Positions 9,139 through 17,494 of a stretch of DNA of 21,551 bases are shown here, one piece after another (position 1 is the stretch's first letter; the number at the start of each line of letters is the position of its first letter). This DNA is from a candidate division WOR-3 bacterium (GTDB taxonomy: Bacteria > Hydrothermota > Tepidihabitantia > Tepidihabitantales > CAIPLT01), in the NCBI GenBank assembly GCA_965649215.1, contig CBFGJZ010000027.1, positions 1 through 21,551 of the forward strand, in the 5' to 3' direction. The position numbers were made by a program, and so were the translations under genes. The notes below the pieces were generated by a model that saw only the letters and a list, made by a program, of their open reading frames with translations, was not told where the DNA came from and ran no database searches.

Positions 9139-9143
9139 CATAA

Positions 9144-10856
9144 TTAATCAATTTTAAATAATTTTAAAAATTGTGATAAAGGGAGTGTATTTATTACATC
9201 TTTTTTTTCTAACCAAGCACGTCGGGCAACTCCAATTCCAAAACGCATCCAGCTGAGATCAGCAACCGCGTGGGCATCAGTATTAATGACAAGTTTAATA
9301 CCCATTTCTTTAGCTTTGCGAGCCCAGATGTCATTGAGGTCAAGCCGCTGCGGATATGAATTAATTTCAAGAATTTTTTGATATTTTAAAGCATGTTCTA
9401 AGACTTTTTCTAAATCGACTTCATAGCCTTCTCGCTGATTTATTAAACGACCAGTTGGATGGGCGATAATATCAACATTGGGATTTTCGATTGCAGTACA
9501 GAGACGTTGGGTAACATAATGTTTGAATCCTTGATGAATTGAGGCAACTACAAGATCTGCTTGGCTTAAAATTCGATCTGGAAAATCAAGTTTGCCGGAA
9601 CTTAAAATATCGACCTCAATTGATTTTAATATTTTTATACTTTTAAATCGTTTTTGGATTTTATCAATTTCATCCCATTGCTTTTGCAATCGTGCCTGAG
9701 ATAATCCATTAGCATAATTAGCAGATTGAGAATGGTCAGTTATAGCAATATATTGATAACCCATTTTTAAAGCAGCCTGAGCCATTTGTTCAATTGTATT
9801 TGCAGCGTCAGAATATATCGTATGCATTTGAAGATCACCTTTAATATCTTGGTAAGTAATGAGATTGGGAAGTTGATTCGATAATGCGGCTTCAATTTCA
9901 CCTCGATCTTCCCTTAATTCGGGGGGTATCCAAACTAATCCCAATGCTTTATAAATTGATTCTTCGGTTTCAGAAGCAATAACATGTGAATTCTTAAACA
10001 CTCCATATTCTGAGACCTTTAATCCTTTTTCTTTAGCTAAACTGCGAAGTTTGACATTATGTTCTTTAGAACCCGTAAAATATTGTAAAGCAGCACCGAA
10101 TTTATTTTTTTCAACAATACGAATATCAACTTGTACTGTCGTTGTATTGGATTTTAACATAACTGATGCTTTAGTATCACCAGCTGCTAAAACTTGAATA
10201 ACATTCGGCATAGAAATAAAAAAGTCAACAATTTTTTGATTGTTTCTACCGGCTACTAATATATCAATATCTCCAATTGTTTCTTTCATGCGTCGGATAG
10301 ATCCTGAAGGCTCAACATAAATTACATCGCGGCACTTTTTTAAATAAGCAACTACTGTTTCGGCAATTTCGAGAGCAAAATTAATCGGCATTCTTTGTTT
10401 CGAACGTTCATAGAGTTCAATTCCTTTTTGAATATTAGCTACTTTTTTATTACCCATTCGAAATTGCTTTGCCAAAGAACCATCAGCAATAACTTTCTTT
10501 AAGTCTTGCAAATTACGAACACCTAAATTGTCATAAGCAAGTCGCAAAGTTTTTGGTCCTAAATTTTGAATGTTTAGTAAATCGAGTAGTTGTGGTGATA
10601 TACCATTCATTGCTTCAGTTAATTTTTTCATATGGCCGGTTTTGAGATATTCGTCTATTTTTTTTGCGATTCCTTCACCTATGCCGGGAATATGTCGTAG
10701 TTTATTTTGTTGGTTGAGTAGTTCAATATCTTCGGTTAATTCTTCAATAATTCTTGCAGCTTTACGATAAGCAAGGACACGAAATAACTGTTCTCCTTTA
10801 AATTCTAGAGCATCAGCAATCCGATCAAAAATTGCTGCGATTTCTTTGTTTTTCAT
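9144..10856 (-). CDS. polX: DNA polymerase X with C-terminal PHP domain
   Basis: 'AYRKAA', HhH 'IPGIGEGIA', 'GSIRR..ETIGDIDIL', 'FTGSKEHN', 'IPPELRE', and PHP motifs 'DLQMHT', 'ITDH', 'HPTGR', 'NTDAH'. ATG 10856 is preferred over TTG 10862. Confidence 0.96.
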   Translation of the reverse strand: MKNKEIAAIFDRIADALEFKGEQLFRVLAYRKAARIIEELTEDIELLNQQNKLRHIPGIGEGIAKKIDEYLKTGHMKKLTEAMNGISPQLLDLLNIQNLGPKTLRLAYDNLGVRNLQDLKKVIADGSLAKQFRMGNKKVANIQKGIELYERSKQRMPINFALEIAETVVAYLKKCRDVIYVEPSGSIRRMKETIGDIDILVAGRNNQKIVDFFISMPNVIQVLAAGDTKASVMLKSNTTTVQVDIRIVEKNKFGAALQYFTGSKEHNVKLRSLAKEKGLKVSEYGVFKNSHVIASETEESIYKALGLVWIPPELREDRGEIEAALSNQLPNLITYQDIKGDLQMHTIYSDAANTIEQMAQAALKMGYQYIAITDHSQSANYANGLSQARLQKQWDEIDKIQKRFKSIKILKSIEVDILSSGKLDFPDRILSQADLVVASIHQGFKHYVTQRLCTAIENPNVDIIAHPTGRLINQREGYEVDLEKVLEHALKYQKILEINSYPQRLDLNDIWARKAKEMGIKLVINTDAHAVADLSWMRFGIGVARRAWLEKKDVINTLPLSQFLKLFKID

Positions 10857-10862
10857 TCCCAA

Positions 10863-11876
10863 CTAAATAAATTTAACTCCGTAATTACCTCTTACAACTT
10901 CACCGATAATTTTAGCATGCTTAATTTTGTTTAGAATAATTTTTGTATTTTCGGGACGAGTAAAGAGAATCAGACCGATGCCCATGTTAAAAACTCGATA
11001 CATTTCTTGTTCATTAACCTTACCATATTTTTGAATTAAAGAAAAGATAGGTGGAATCGACCAGGATTTTTTATGGATATGACACGAAATATTTTCGGGT
11101 AGAATCCTTTGAATATTTTCATAAAAACCACCACCAGTAATGTGAACAATGCCGGAAAGATAGTGTAGAAGGGGGTAAATTTCTTTTAAATAAGATTTAT
11201 GAGTTTTGAGAAGTACCTCACCTAACGTTTGTTTTAGACCAGGCATATTAGAGCTGACCGAAAAATGATGGTCTTTAAAAAATACTTTTCGTGCTAATGA
11301 ATAGCCATTAGTATGCAAACCCGACGATGGTAAACCAATTAATTTATCACCAACCGTAATTTTTTTTCCATCAATTATTTGGTTTTTAGCAACAATTCCT
11401 ACAATAAAACCTGCCAAATCGTATTCATTTGGTTTATACATATCAGGCATCATTGCTGTTTCACCACCAATTAAAGCGCAATTATTTTTTCGACAACCAT
11501 TTGCAAGTCCGATAACGACTTGTTCAATTACTGAAGATTTAACTTTTGAATAAGCAAGATAATCTAAAAAGAACAAGGGCTTTGCGCCAAGTGTAAGAAT
11601 GTCATTAACACAGTGGTTAACAATATCTTCACCAATCGTATCATGCTTGTTCATCATTGAAGCAATGTTTATTTTAGTCCCAACTCCATCACAACTTGCA
11701 ACTAAGACCATTGGTTGATTGTTATAAGGTGATATTTCATATAAACCACCAAATAAACCGATTTGCGATAGTACTTGACGATTAAAAGTTTTTTTAACTA
11801 ATTGTTTTATTTTAGATTTTATTTTTGTAGTTTGATAAATATCCACACCGGCTTTTCGATATGCGATTATTTTCAT
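10863..11876 (-). CDS. purM: Phosphoribosylformylglycinamidine cyclo-ligase (AIR synthase)
   Basis: 'YRKAGVD', 'DGVGTK', 'GAKPLFFLDY', 'GGETAMMP', 'SSGLHTNGYSL', 'HITGGG', 'FNMGIG'. Confidence 0.97.
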   Translation of the reverse strand: MKIIAYRKAGVDIYQTTKIKSKIKQLVKKTFNRQVLSQIGLFGGLYEISPYNNQPMVLVASCDGVGTKINIASMMNKHDTIGEDIVNHCVNDILTLGAKPLFFLDYLAYSKVKSSVIEQVVIGLANGCRKNNCALIGGETAMMPDMYKPNEYDLAGFIVGIVAKNQIIDGKKITVGDKLIGLPSSGLHTNGYSLARKVFFKDHHFSVSSNMPGLKQTLGEVLLKTHKSYLKEIYPLLHYLSGIVHITGGGFYENIQRILPENISCHIHKKSWSIPPIFSLIQKYGKVNEQEMYRVFNMGIGLILFTRPENTKIILNKIKHAKIIGEVVRGNYGVKFI

Positions 11877-11882
11877 AAGATC

Positions 11883-11911
11883 AATTTAATTGAGATAACT
11901 ATAAATGTCAA
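11883..11911 (-). promoter_or_regulatory. sigma70-type promoter for purM-polX, probably giving a leaderless mRNA
   Basis: Minus strand TTGACA(11911-11906)-17 nt-TAAATT(11888-11883), then 6 nt to ATG at 11876. No SD. Confidence 0.65.
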
Positions 11912-12336
11912 GGCTAATTGATGGTTTTGATTGTCTTAAAATTATCTAAATTTTAAAATTTACGGTATAAGTTATAACTAATTCAATTGTTAAATGGATT
12001 TTTTTGTCTAATGCTCAGATATTCAATATGTTATATTGATTGTGAATATTAGAATGAGTATTATGAGATTGAATAGAGATATCAAATAAGAATGTTTCAA
12101 GGTAATTTGACGATTGATGTGAAAAATATAAGAATAAGTTTTATTTTTGAATAATTAAAAGATAATTATCCATATCGTTTATTTTATAAAGTGTTATTTT
12201 GGTATATTATTTATAATTATCTTTGTTATGAGAACTTTAATAGTTCAGAGTAATTCTTAGTGTAGAATATTTTCTCAAAATGAATCAAGAATTAGGAGGG
12301 GAGATATCTTAATTGTAATATCTTTAAATAAGATTG

Positions 12337-12364
12337 TTGACTTTTTTTAGTTTTCCGATATACT
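12337..12364 (+). promoter_or_regulatory. sigma70-type promoter for the acs operon
   Basis: TTGACT(12337-12342)-16 nt-TATACT(12359-12364). SD AAGGAG precedes ATG 12419. Confidence 0.6.
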
Positions 12365-12418
12365 GAATGCATATTTAGAATAAAATCATGATAATTTAAA
12401 AAATGAAAAGGAGTAAGA

Positions 12419-14323
12419 ATGGCTGATAACAAAGAAATTTATAATCCACCAGCAGAACTGGTAAAAAATGCTAATGTTACAAAATTCATGGAAAAACATG
12501 GACTTAAATCTTTAGATGAATTACTAGAAAAAGCTCAAGACCAAGAATGGTTTTGGAATGAGATAGCGAAAGAACTGGAATGGTATAAACCTTATGAGAA
12601 AATTTTAGAATGGAATATTCCTTTTGCAAAGTGGTTTGTGGGTGGTAAATTTAATATCGTACACAACACTTTAGACCGCCATATGAATACGAAAACTGCG
12701 GATAAAGTTGCATATATTTATGAACCTGAACCCGAGCATGAAAAAATCGAGCGATGGACTTATCGGGATATTAATCGAGAAGTTTGTAAATTGGCCAATG
12801 CGTTAAAAAAACTCGGTATTAAGAAAGGTGATCGAGTTACGATTTATTTACCAATGATTCCTCAAGTTGCAATAGCGATGCTTGCATGTGCTAAAATTGG
12901 GGCAATTCATTCGGTTGTTTTTTCGGGTTTTAGTGCCGGTTCATTAAAAGATCGGATTCTCGATGCTGAAGCAAGAATATTAATCACAGCAGATGGTGCT
13001 TATCGACGAGGTAAATTAGTCAATTTGAAATTTAATGCTGATGAAGCAGTGAAAGATTGTCCAAGTATTGAACATGTTATCGTTTACAATCGTGCTCAAA
13101 GCAATGTAAATATGGTTAGTGGACGCGATCTATGGTGGCATGAGCTCGTTCTAAATGAATCCGATTCATGTCCAACCGAACAATTGGATTCAGAAGATAT
13201 TCTTTATACCCTTTATACTTCAGGTACAACGGGTAAACCAAAAGGTATTGTTCATGTTCATGGTGGTTATGCCGTTGGTACTTATGCTACTATGAAATTC
13301 ATCTTTGATATAAAAGAAAACGATATTTGGTGGTGTGCGGCTGATGTTGGCTGGGTTACGGGTCATAGTTACATTGTTTATGCTCCGTTAATGAATGGTG
13401 CTACTTCAATAATGTATGAAGGAGCTCCTGATTACCCTAATTCTGAACGATGGTGGAAGATAATTGAACGAGAAAAAGTCACTGTATTTTATACTTCACC
13501 AACAGCAATTAGAATGCATATGCGATTTGGTGAAGCATATGCTGAAAAGCATAACTTATCAAGTCTCCGATTATTAGGTAGTGTTGGTGAACCAATTAAT
13601 CCTGAAGCTTGGCGATGGTATTATAAGTATATTGGTAATGAGAAATGTCCGATTATGGATACTTGGTGGCAGACCGAAACGGGGCATATTTTAATTTCGC
13701 CTCTCCCAATTACTCCATTAAAACCAGGTTCAGCAACAAAACCTTTCCCTGGCGTGAAAGCAAATGTCTATAATCAAGATGGACATCCAATTAAACCTAA
13801 TGAGAATGGTTTTGCAGTATTGTTAGCTCCGTGGCCAGGCATGTTAAGGACTTTATATAAAGATCCCGAACGATATAAGCAAGTTTATTGGTCTCGCTTT
13901 CCTGGTGTTTATTTAACCGGTGATTCGTGTACAATTGATGAAGATGGTTATTTCTGGTTTCGTGGCCGTGCCGACGAAGTTTTGAATGTTGCAGGACATC
14001 GTTTAGGTACAGCTGAAGTTGAGAGTGCTTTAGTTGCGCATCCTGCTGTTGCTGAAGCAGCGGTAATTGGCATTCCCCATGAAGTGAAAGGTGATGTGCC
14101 GAAAGCCTATGTAACTCTTAAAGTTGGATTTAGTCCTTCTGAAGAGTTAAAGAAAGAGTTAAAGGATTGGGTTGGTAAAGAAATTGGGCCAATCGCGCGA
14201 CCAGAAGAAATTGAATTTCGTGATAAATTACCTAAAACTCGTTCAGGTAAAATTATGCGACGGCTTTTAAAAGCAGAAGCATTAGGGAAACCAATCGGCG
14301 ATATCTCAACATTAGACGAATAA
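12419..14323 (+). CDS. acs: Acetate--CoA ligase (AMP-forming acetyl-CoA synthetase)
   Basis: '[11 protein letters not shown]', '[11 protein letters not shown]', '[10 protein letters not shown]', 'DTWWQTETG', and '[12 protein letters not shown]' with the acetylatable Lys. Confidence 0.96.
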   Translation: MADNKEIYNPPAELVKNANVTKFMEKHGLKSLDELLEKAQDQEWFWNEIAKELEWYKPYEKILEWNIPFAKWFVGGKFNIVHNTLDRHMNTKTADKVAYIYEPEPEHEKIERWTYRDINREVCKLANALKKLGIKKGDRVTIYLPMIPQVAIAMLACAKIGAIHSVVFSGFSAGSLKDRILDAEARILITADGAYRRGKLVNLKFNADEAVKDCPSIEHVIVYNRAQSNVNMVSGRDLWWHELVLNESDSCPTEQLDSEDILYTLYTSGTTGKPKGIVHVHGGYAVGTYATMKFIFDIKENDIWWCAADVGWVTGHSYIVYAPLMNGATSIMYEGAPDYPNSERWWKIIEREKVTVFYTSPTAIRMHMRFGEAYAEKHNLSSLRLLGSVGEPINPEAWRWYYKYIGNEKCPIMDTWWQTETGHILISPLPITPLKPGSATKPFPGVKANVYNQDGHPIKPNENGFAVLLAPWPGMLRTLYKDPERYKQVYWSRFPGVYLTGDSCTIDEDGYFWFRGRADEVLNVAGHRLGTAEVESALVAHPAVAEAAVIGIPHEVKGDVPKAYVTLKVGFSPSEELKKELKDWVGKEIGPIARPEEIEFRDKLPKTRSGKIMRRLLKAEALGKPIGDISTLDE

Positions 14324-14334
14324 ATAATTAAAAG

Positions 14335-14384
14335 GGAGAGAGCGATGAATATAATATTTGGTTATTGCTCTCTCCTATTATTTT
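14335..14384 (+). terminator. Stem-loop after acs (partial terminator or mRNA-stabilising hairpin)
   Basis: GGAGAGAGCGATGA(14335-14348) pairs with TTATTGCTCTCTCC(14362-14375), 14 bp with two G-U pairs, followed by TATTATTTT. Confidence 0.65.
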
Positions 14385-14397
14385 ATAAGGGGTTGTG

Positions 14398-15609
14398 ATG
14401 CATAATACAAAAGTCTTCAATCGATGGTTAATCGTTGTTGGTGCAATTTTAATACAATTATGTTTGGGAGCAATTTATGCTTGGAGTGTTTTCCGAATTC
14501 CTTTACAAGATAATCTTAATATCAGCCCTACTCAAGCATCTTTGCCTTTTTCTTTTGTATTGATTTTCTTTGCAATTGCCACAGTAATTGGAGGTCGTTG
14601 GCAAGATAAAGCTGGTCCAAGAATTGCAATTGCGGGTGGTATTTTACTTGGCTTAGGAATGATTTTAGCAAGTTTTGCAAAAAATTTATTCGCATTAGTT
14701 CTTTTTTACGGCGTTATTTCTGGTATTGGTATTGGGATTGCTTATGTCTGTCCGATTTCAGCAGGAGTAAAATGGTTTCCCGATAAAAGAGGTCTCATTA
14801 CTGGTTTATCAGTCGCTGGATTTGGAGCAGGTGCTTTAATTGTCGGACCAGTGGCTCGAGCATTGATTGATAGTATTGGTGTTTTTAATACTTTTCGTGT
14901 TCTTGGTATAATATTTTTTGTTTTGGTCTTTATTGGTGCTTTGATTCTCCGTAATCCTCCAGCAGGATATGTACCTAAAGGATGGAATTCACCCCAAATT
15001 GCTGCATCAACAAAGGTTGATTTTAGCGCTTCAGAAATGCTTTCAACAGGTCAGTTTTATTTGATATGGTTTATGTATTTTATTGGTTGTGCATCGGGTT
15101 TGATGATTATCGGACAAACTTCACCAATTGGTCAGGAACTCGCTAAATATACTAAAGAAACTGCGGCATTAGGTGTCAGTTTATTGGCTATCTTTAATGC
15201 TTTAGGTCGTATTTTTTGGGGTAGAGTTTCTGATTCATTTGGTCGGATGCGAACTTTATTCTTAATGTTCTTAATTTGTGGACTAGCAATTTTATCTTAT
15301 AATTTTATCTCTGCATTACCAATCTGGTTCTGGTTTGGGATTTCGTTTGTTGGATTCTGTTTTGGTGGTTATCTAGCATTGTTTCCTGCCATTACTGCGG
15401 ATTTTTTTGGAACGAAAAGCGTTGGAATTAATTACGGGTTCGTTTTTACTGCTTATGGCGTGGGTGGATTATTGAGTAATATTTTTGCCCCCCGAGTCAA
15501 AGAACTTACAGGTGGCTACACTTTAGCTTTTATTATAACTGGAATTTTATGCTTAATTGGTGCGATATTGACATTTTTATTAAGATCACCTCAAAAAGTA
15601 AAGAAATAA
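14398..15609 (+). CDS. OFA-family MFS transporter (oxalate:formate antiporter / monocarboxylate transporter-like)
   Basis: About 12 TM helices, with 'LGAIYAWSVF', 'GGRWQDKAGPR', 'KWFPDKRGLITG' and 'GRIFWGRVSDSFGR'. SD AAGGGG favours ATG 14398. Confidence 0.9.
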   Translation: MHNTKVFNRWLIVVGAILIQLCLGAIYAWSVFRIPLQDNLNISPTQASLPFSFVLIFFAIATVIGGRWQDKAGPRIAIAGGILLGLGMILASFAKNLFALVLFYGVISGIGIGIAYVCPISAGVKWFPDKRGLITGLSVAGFGAGALIVGPVARALIDSIGVFNTFRVLGIIFFVLVFIGALILRNPPAGYVPKGWNSPQIAASTKVDFSASEMLSTGQFYLIWFMYFIGCASGLMIIGQTSPIGQELAKYTKETAALGVSLLAIFNALGRIFWGRVSDSFGRMRTLFLMFLICGLAILSYNFISALPIWFWFGISFVGFCFGGYLALFPAITADFFGTKSVGINYGFVFTAYGVGGLLSNIFAPRVKELTGGYTLAFIITGILCLIGAILTFLLRSPQKVKK

Positions 15610-15625
15610 ATTTAGGAGGCACTAA

Positions 15626-17050
15626 ATGAAAAAAAAGAAAAAAATACTAAAAAAGAGTAAAAAAATTACTCGTAAAAAAGCAAAACTGATAAAAAAAGAA
15701 TTAACCGCAGAAGAACGTATTGCCTTAGCTAAAAAACCAGGTCAGGATGCACTGCAACTGCATCCATTTTTTAAAGGAAAAATTCAAGTTGCACCGAAAT
15801 GCGTCATCCGTGATTTTAGCGATTTTGCAATCTGGTACACCCCCGGTGTTGCTGAACCTTGTAAAGATATTAAAGCAAATCCAGAAAAAGTGTGGGAACA
15901 TACAAACCGAGCTAATACAATTGCAGTGTTTACAGATGGTACGAGAGTTTTAGGATTAGGTGATATTGGACCCGAAGCTTCACTGCCCGTTATGGAAGGT
16001 AAGTCATTACTTTTTAAATATTTAGGCGGCGTCGATGCAGTACCGATTGCAATTAGAACTAAAGACCCTGAAGAGTTTATTCAATGTGCGAAATTACTTG
16101 AACCCTGTTTTGGAGGTTATAATCTTGAAGATATTGAACAACCAAAATGCTTTTATATTCTTGATACGCTTCGTAAAGAAATGAATATTCCTGTGTGGCA
16201 TGATGATCAACAAGGTACTGCAGCAGTTACTGTCGCAGGTCTTATTAATGCTCTTAAAATTGTAGGTAAAGATCCTAAAAAAGTCAGGGTTGGAATGATC
16301 GGCGCTGGTGCTGCAGGTATTGCGTGTTTGCGAGTTATGGTCGCTTATGGTTTTGATCCCGCTAAAGTAGTTATGACTGATATGTATGGTATCATCCATA
16401 AAGACCGAGTTGATTTTGAAAAGCATTTTGCTTATACCAAAGATTTAATTCTTAAGACTAATGCTGAAGGTCGTAAATCAGAACGCATTGAAGATGCAAT
16501 TCCAATTACCATGGAAGAGATGGATGTTGTAATTGGTTATTCTAAACCTGGTCCTGATGTGATTAAAAAAGAATGGATTCAAAGAATGGCCAAAGATCCG
16601 ATTTTATTTGTCTGTGCAAATCCAATTCCGGAAATTTGGCCGTGGGAAGCTAAAGAAGCTGGTGCTCGGATTGTTGCTACTGGTCGTTCCGATTTTCCAA
16701 ATCAAGTAAATAATTCTTTGGGATTTCCGGGGATTTTCCGGGGAACTTTAGATGTCAATGCCCGCACAATTACAGATGAGATGTGCATCGCCGCAGCAGT
16801 GGAACTGGCAAAAGTTGCTGAAGACCGTGGTTTACGAGAAGATTATTTAATTCCAACGATGGATGATTGGGAGGTTTTTCCACGAGAAGCAGTTGCAGTT
16901 GGAATGAAAGCAATTGAACAGGGGGTTGCGCGAATTACAATGACTCGGGAACAATTATACAAAAAAGCAGCCGAAACAATTAAGAATGCACGCAAAATGT
17001 CTCAAGCACTAATGAAACAAGGTTTTATCCCGAAACCACCTAAAAGATAA
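15626..17050 (+). CDS. NAD(P)-dependent malic enzyme (small prokaryotic type) with a basic N-terminal extension
   Basis: 'YTPGVAEPC', 'TDGTRVLGLGDIG', 'VMEGK', 'NLEDI', 'HDDQQGTA', 'GAGAAG', 'TGRSDFPNQVNN'. SD AGGAGG at 15614-15619. Confidence 0.95.
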   Translation: MKKKKKILKKSKKITRKKAKLIKKELTAEERIALAKKPGQDALQLHPFFKGKIQVAPKCVIRDFSDFAIWYTPGVAEPCKDIKANPEKVWEHTNRANTIAVFTDGTRVLGLGDIGPEASLPVMEGKSLLFKYLGGVDAVPIAIRTKDPEEFIQCAKLLEPCFGGYNLEDIEQPKCFYILDTLRKEMNIPVWHDDQQGTAAVTVAGLINALKIVGKDPKKVRVGMIGAGAAGIACLRVMVAYGFDPAKVVMTDMYGIIHKDRVDFEKHFAYTKDLILKTNAEGRKSERIEDAIPITMEEMDVVIGYSKPGPDVIKKEWIQRMAKDPILFVCANPIPEIWPWEAKEAGARIVATGRSDFPNQVNNSLGFPGIFRGTLDVNARTITDEMCIAAAVELAKVAEDRGLREDYLIPTMDDWEVFPREAVAVGMKAIEQGVARITMTREQLYKKAAETIKNARKMSQALMKQGFIPKPPKR

Positions 17051-17057
17051 ATAACTT

Positions 17058-17107
17058 AAAAAGGCACAAGTAACGATTTATAAAATAGTTCTTGTGCCTG
17101 ATTTTTT
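17058..17107. terminator. Probable bidirectional rho-independent terminator
   Basis: AGGCACAAG(17062-17070) pairs with CTTGTGCCT(17091-17099). A-run on the left and TTTTTT at 17102-17107 on the right. It lies between convergent transcription units. Confidence 0.75.
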
Positions 17108-17124
17108 AATTCGTTACCTATACA

Positions 17125-17224
17125 GTTGGGGGACGTGCCATTGGTGGGGCTAATGTTTGTCTATCGTATGCGAATGATAGGTATTTAATCTGCATAAATG
17201 GTCGCCTATTGGCGAGCCTTTTTT
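17125..17224 (+). ncRNA. Candidate structured small RNA (family not recognised) ending in its own terminator
   Basis: GC-elevated island in AT-rich intergenic DNA. Hairpins at 17139-17155, 17158-17183 and 17200-17218, the last followed by T6. Confidence 0.35.
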
Positions 17225-17394
17225 GATTATTTTCATCAGACTTAATATTTTTAATTGAGATTCTTAATTGATAGTAACTATGTTATAATATTTATAGAAA
17301 CATTAAGCAGACAATAGATAGGGTTGAAATAAAGTGATTAAACGAGCAAAGATAAATTGTTCTTCTTATATTGGTTAGTTTAAAGATACTTATA

Positions 17395-17469
17395 TAGCGC
17401 CACGGGGATTTGAACCCCGGTCTTCTGGCTGAGAACCAGATGTCCTAGACCAGACTAGACGATGGCGCC
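17395..17469 (-). tRNA. tRNA-Glu (anticodon CTC); CCA not encoded
   Basis: The minus strand folds as a cloverleaf: acceptor GGCGCCA/TGGCGCT, anticodon arm TCTGG-TTCTCAG-CCAGA, T arm CGGGG-TTCAAAT-CCCCG, discriminator A. Confidence 0.96.
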
Positions 17470-17494
17470 ACATTCAACTAAATTACCCCTATCC

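Noticed and set aside
9820..9840. PolX PHP motif reads QMH instead of HxH
   Set aside because: Gln at this position occurs in other PolX proteins (as I recall, Thermus PolX). The other PHP ligands and the polymerase DxD motif are intact.
12010..12312. Several 10-20 codon ATG ORFs in the purM-acs intergenic region
   Set aside because: No suitably spaced SD, no motif, and they are expected by chance.
17128..17140. GGGGACGT resembling a tmRNA 5' end
   Set aside because: No following TTCGAC, no matching tRNA-like 3' end, and too little space.
17281..17290. Extended -10-like TGTTATAAT on the + strand
   Set aside because: No gene or structured RNA follows before the antisense tRNA, and the motif is common in AT-rich DNA.
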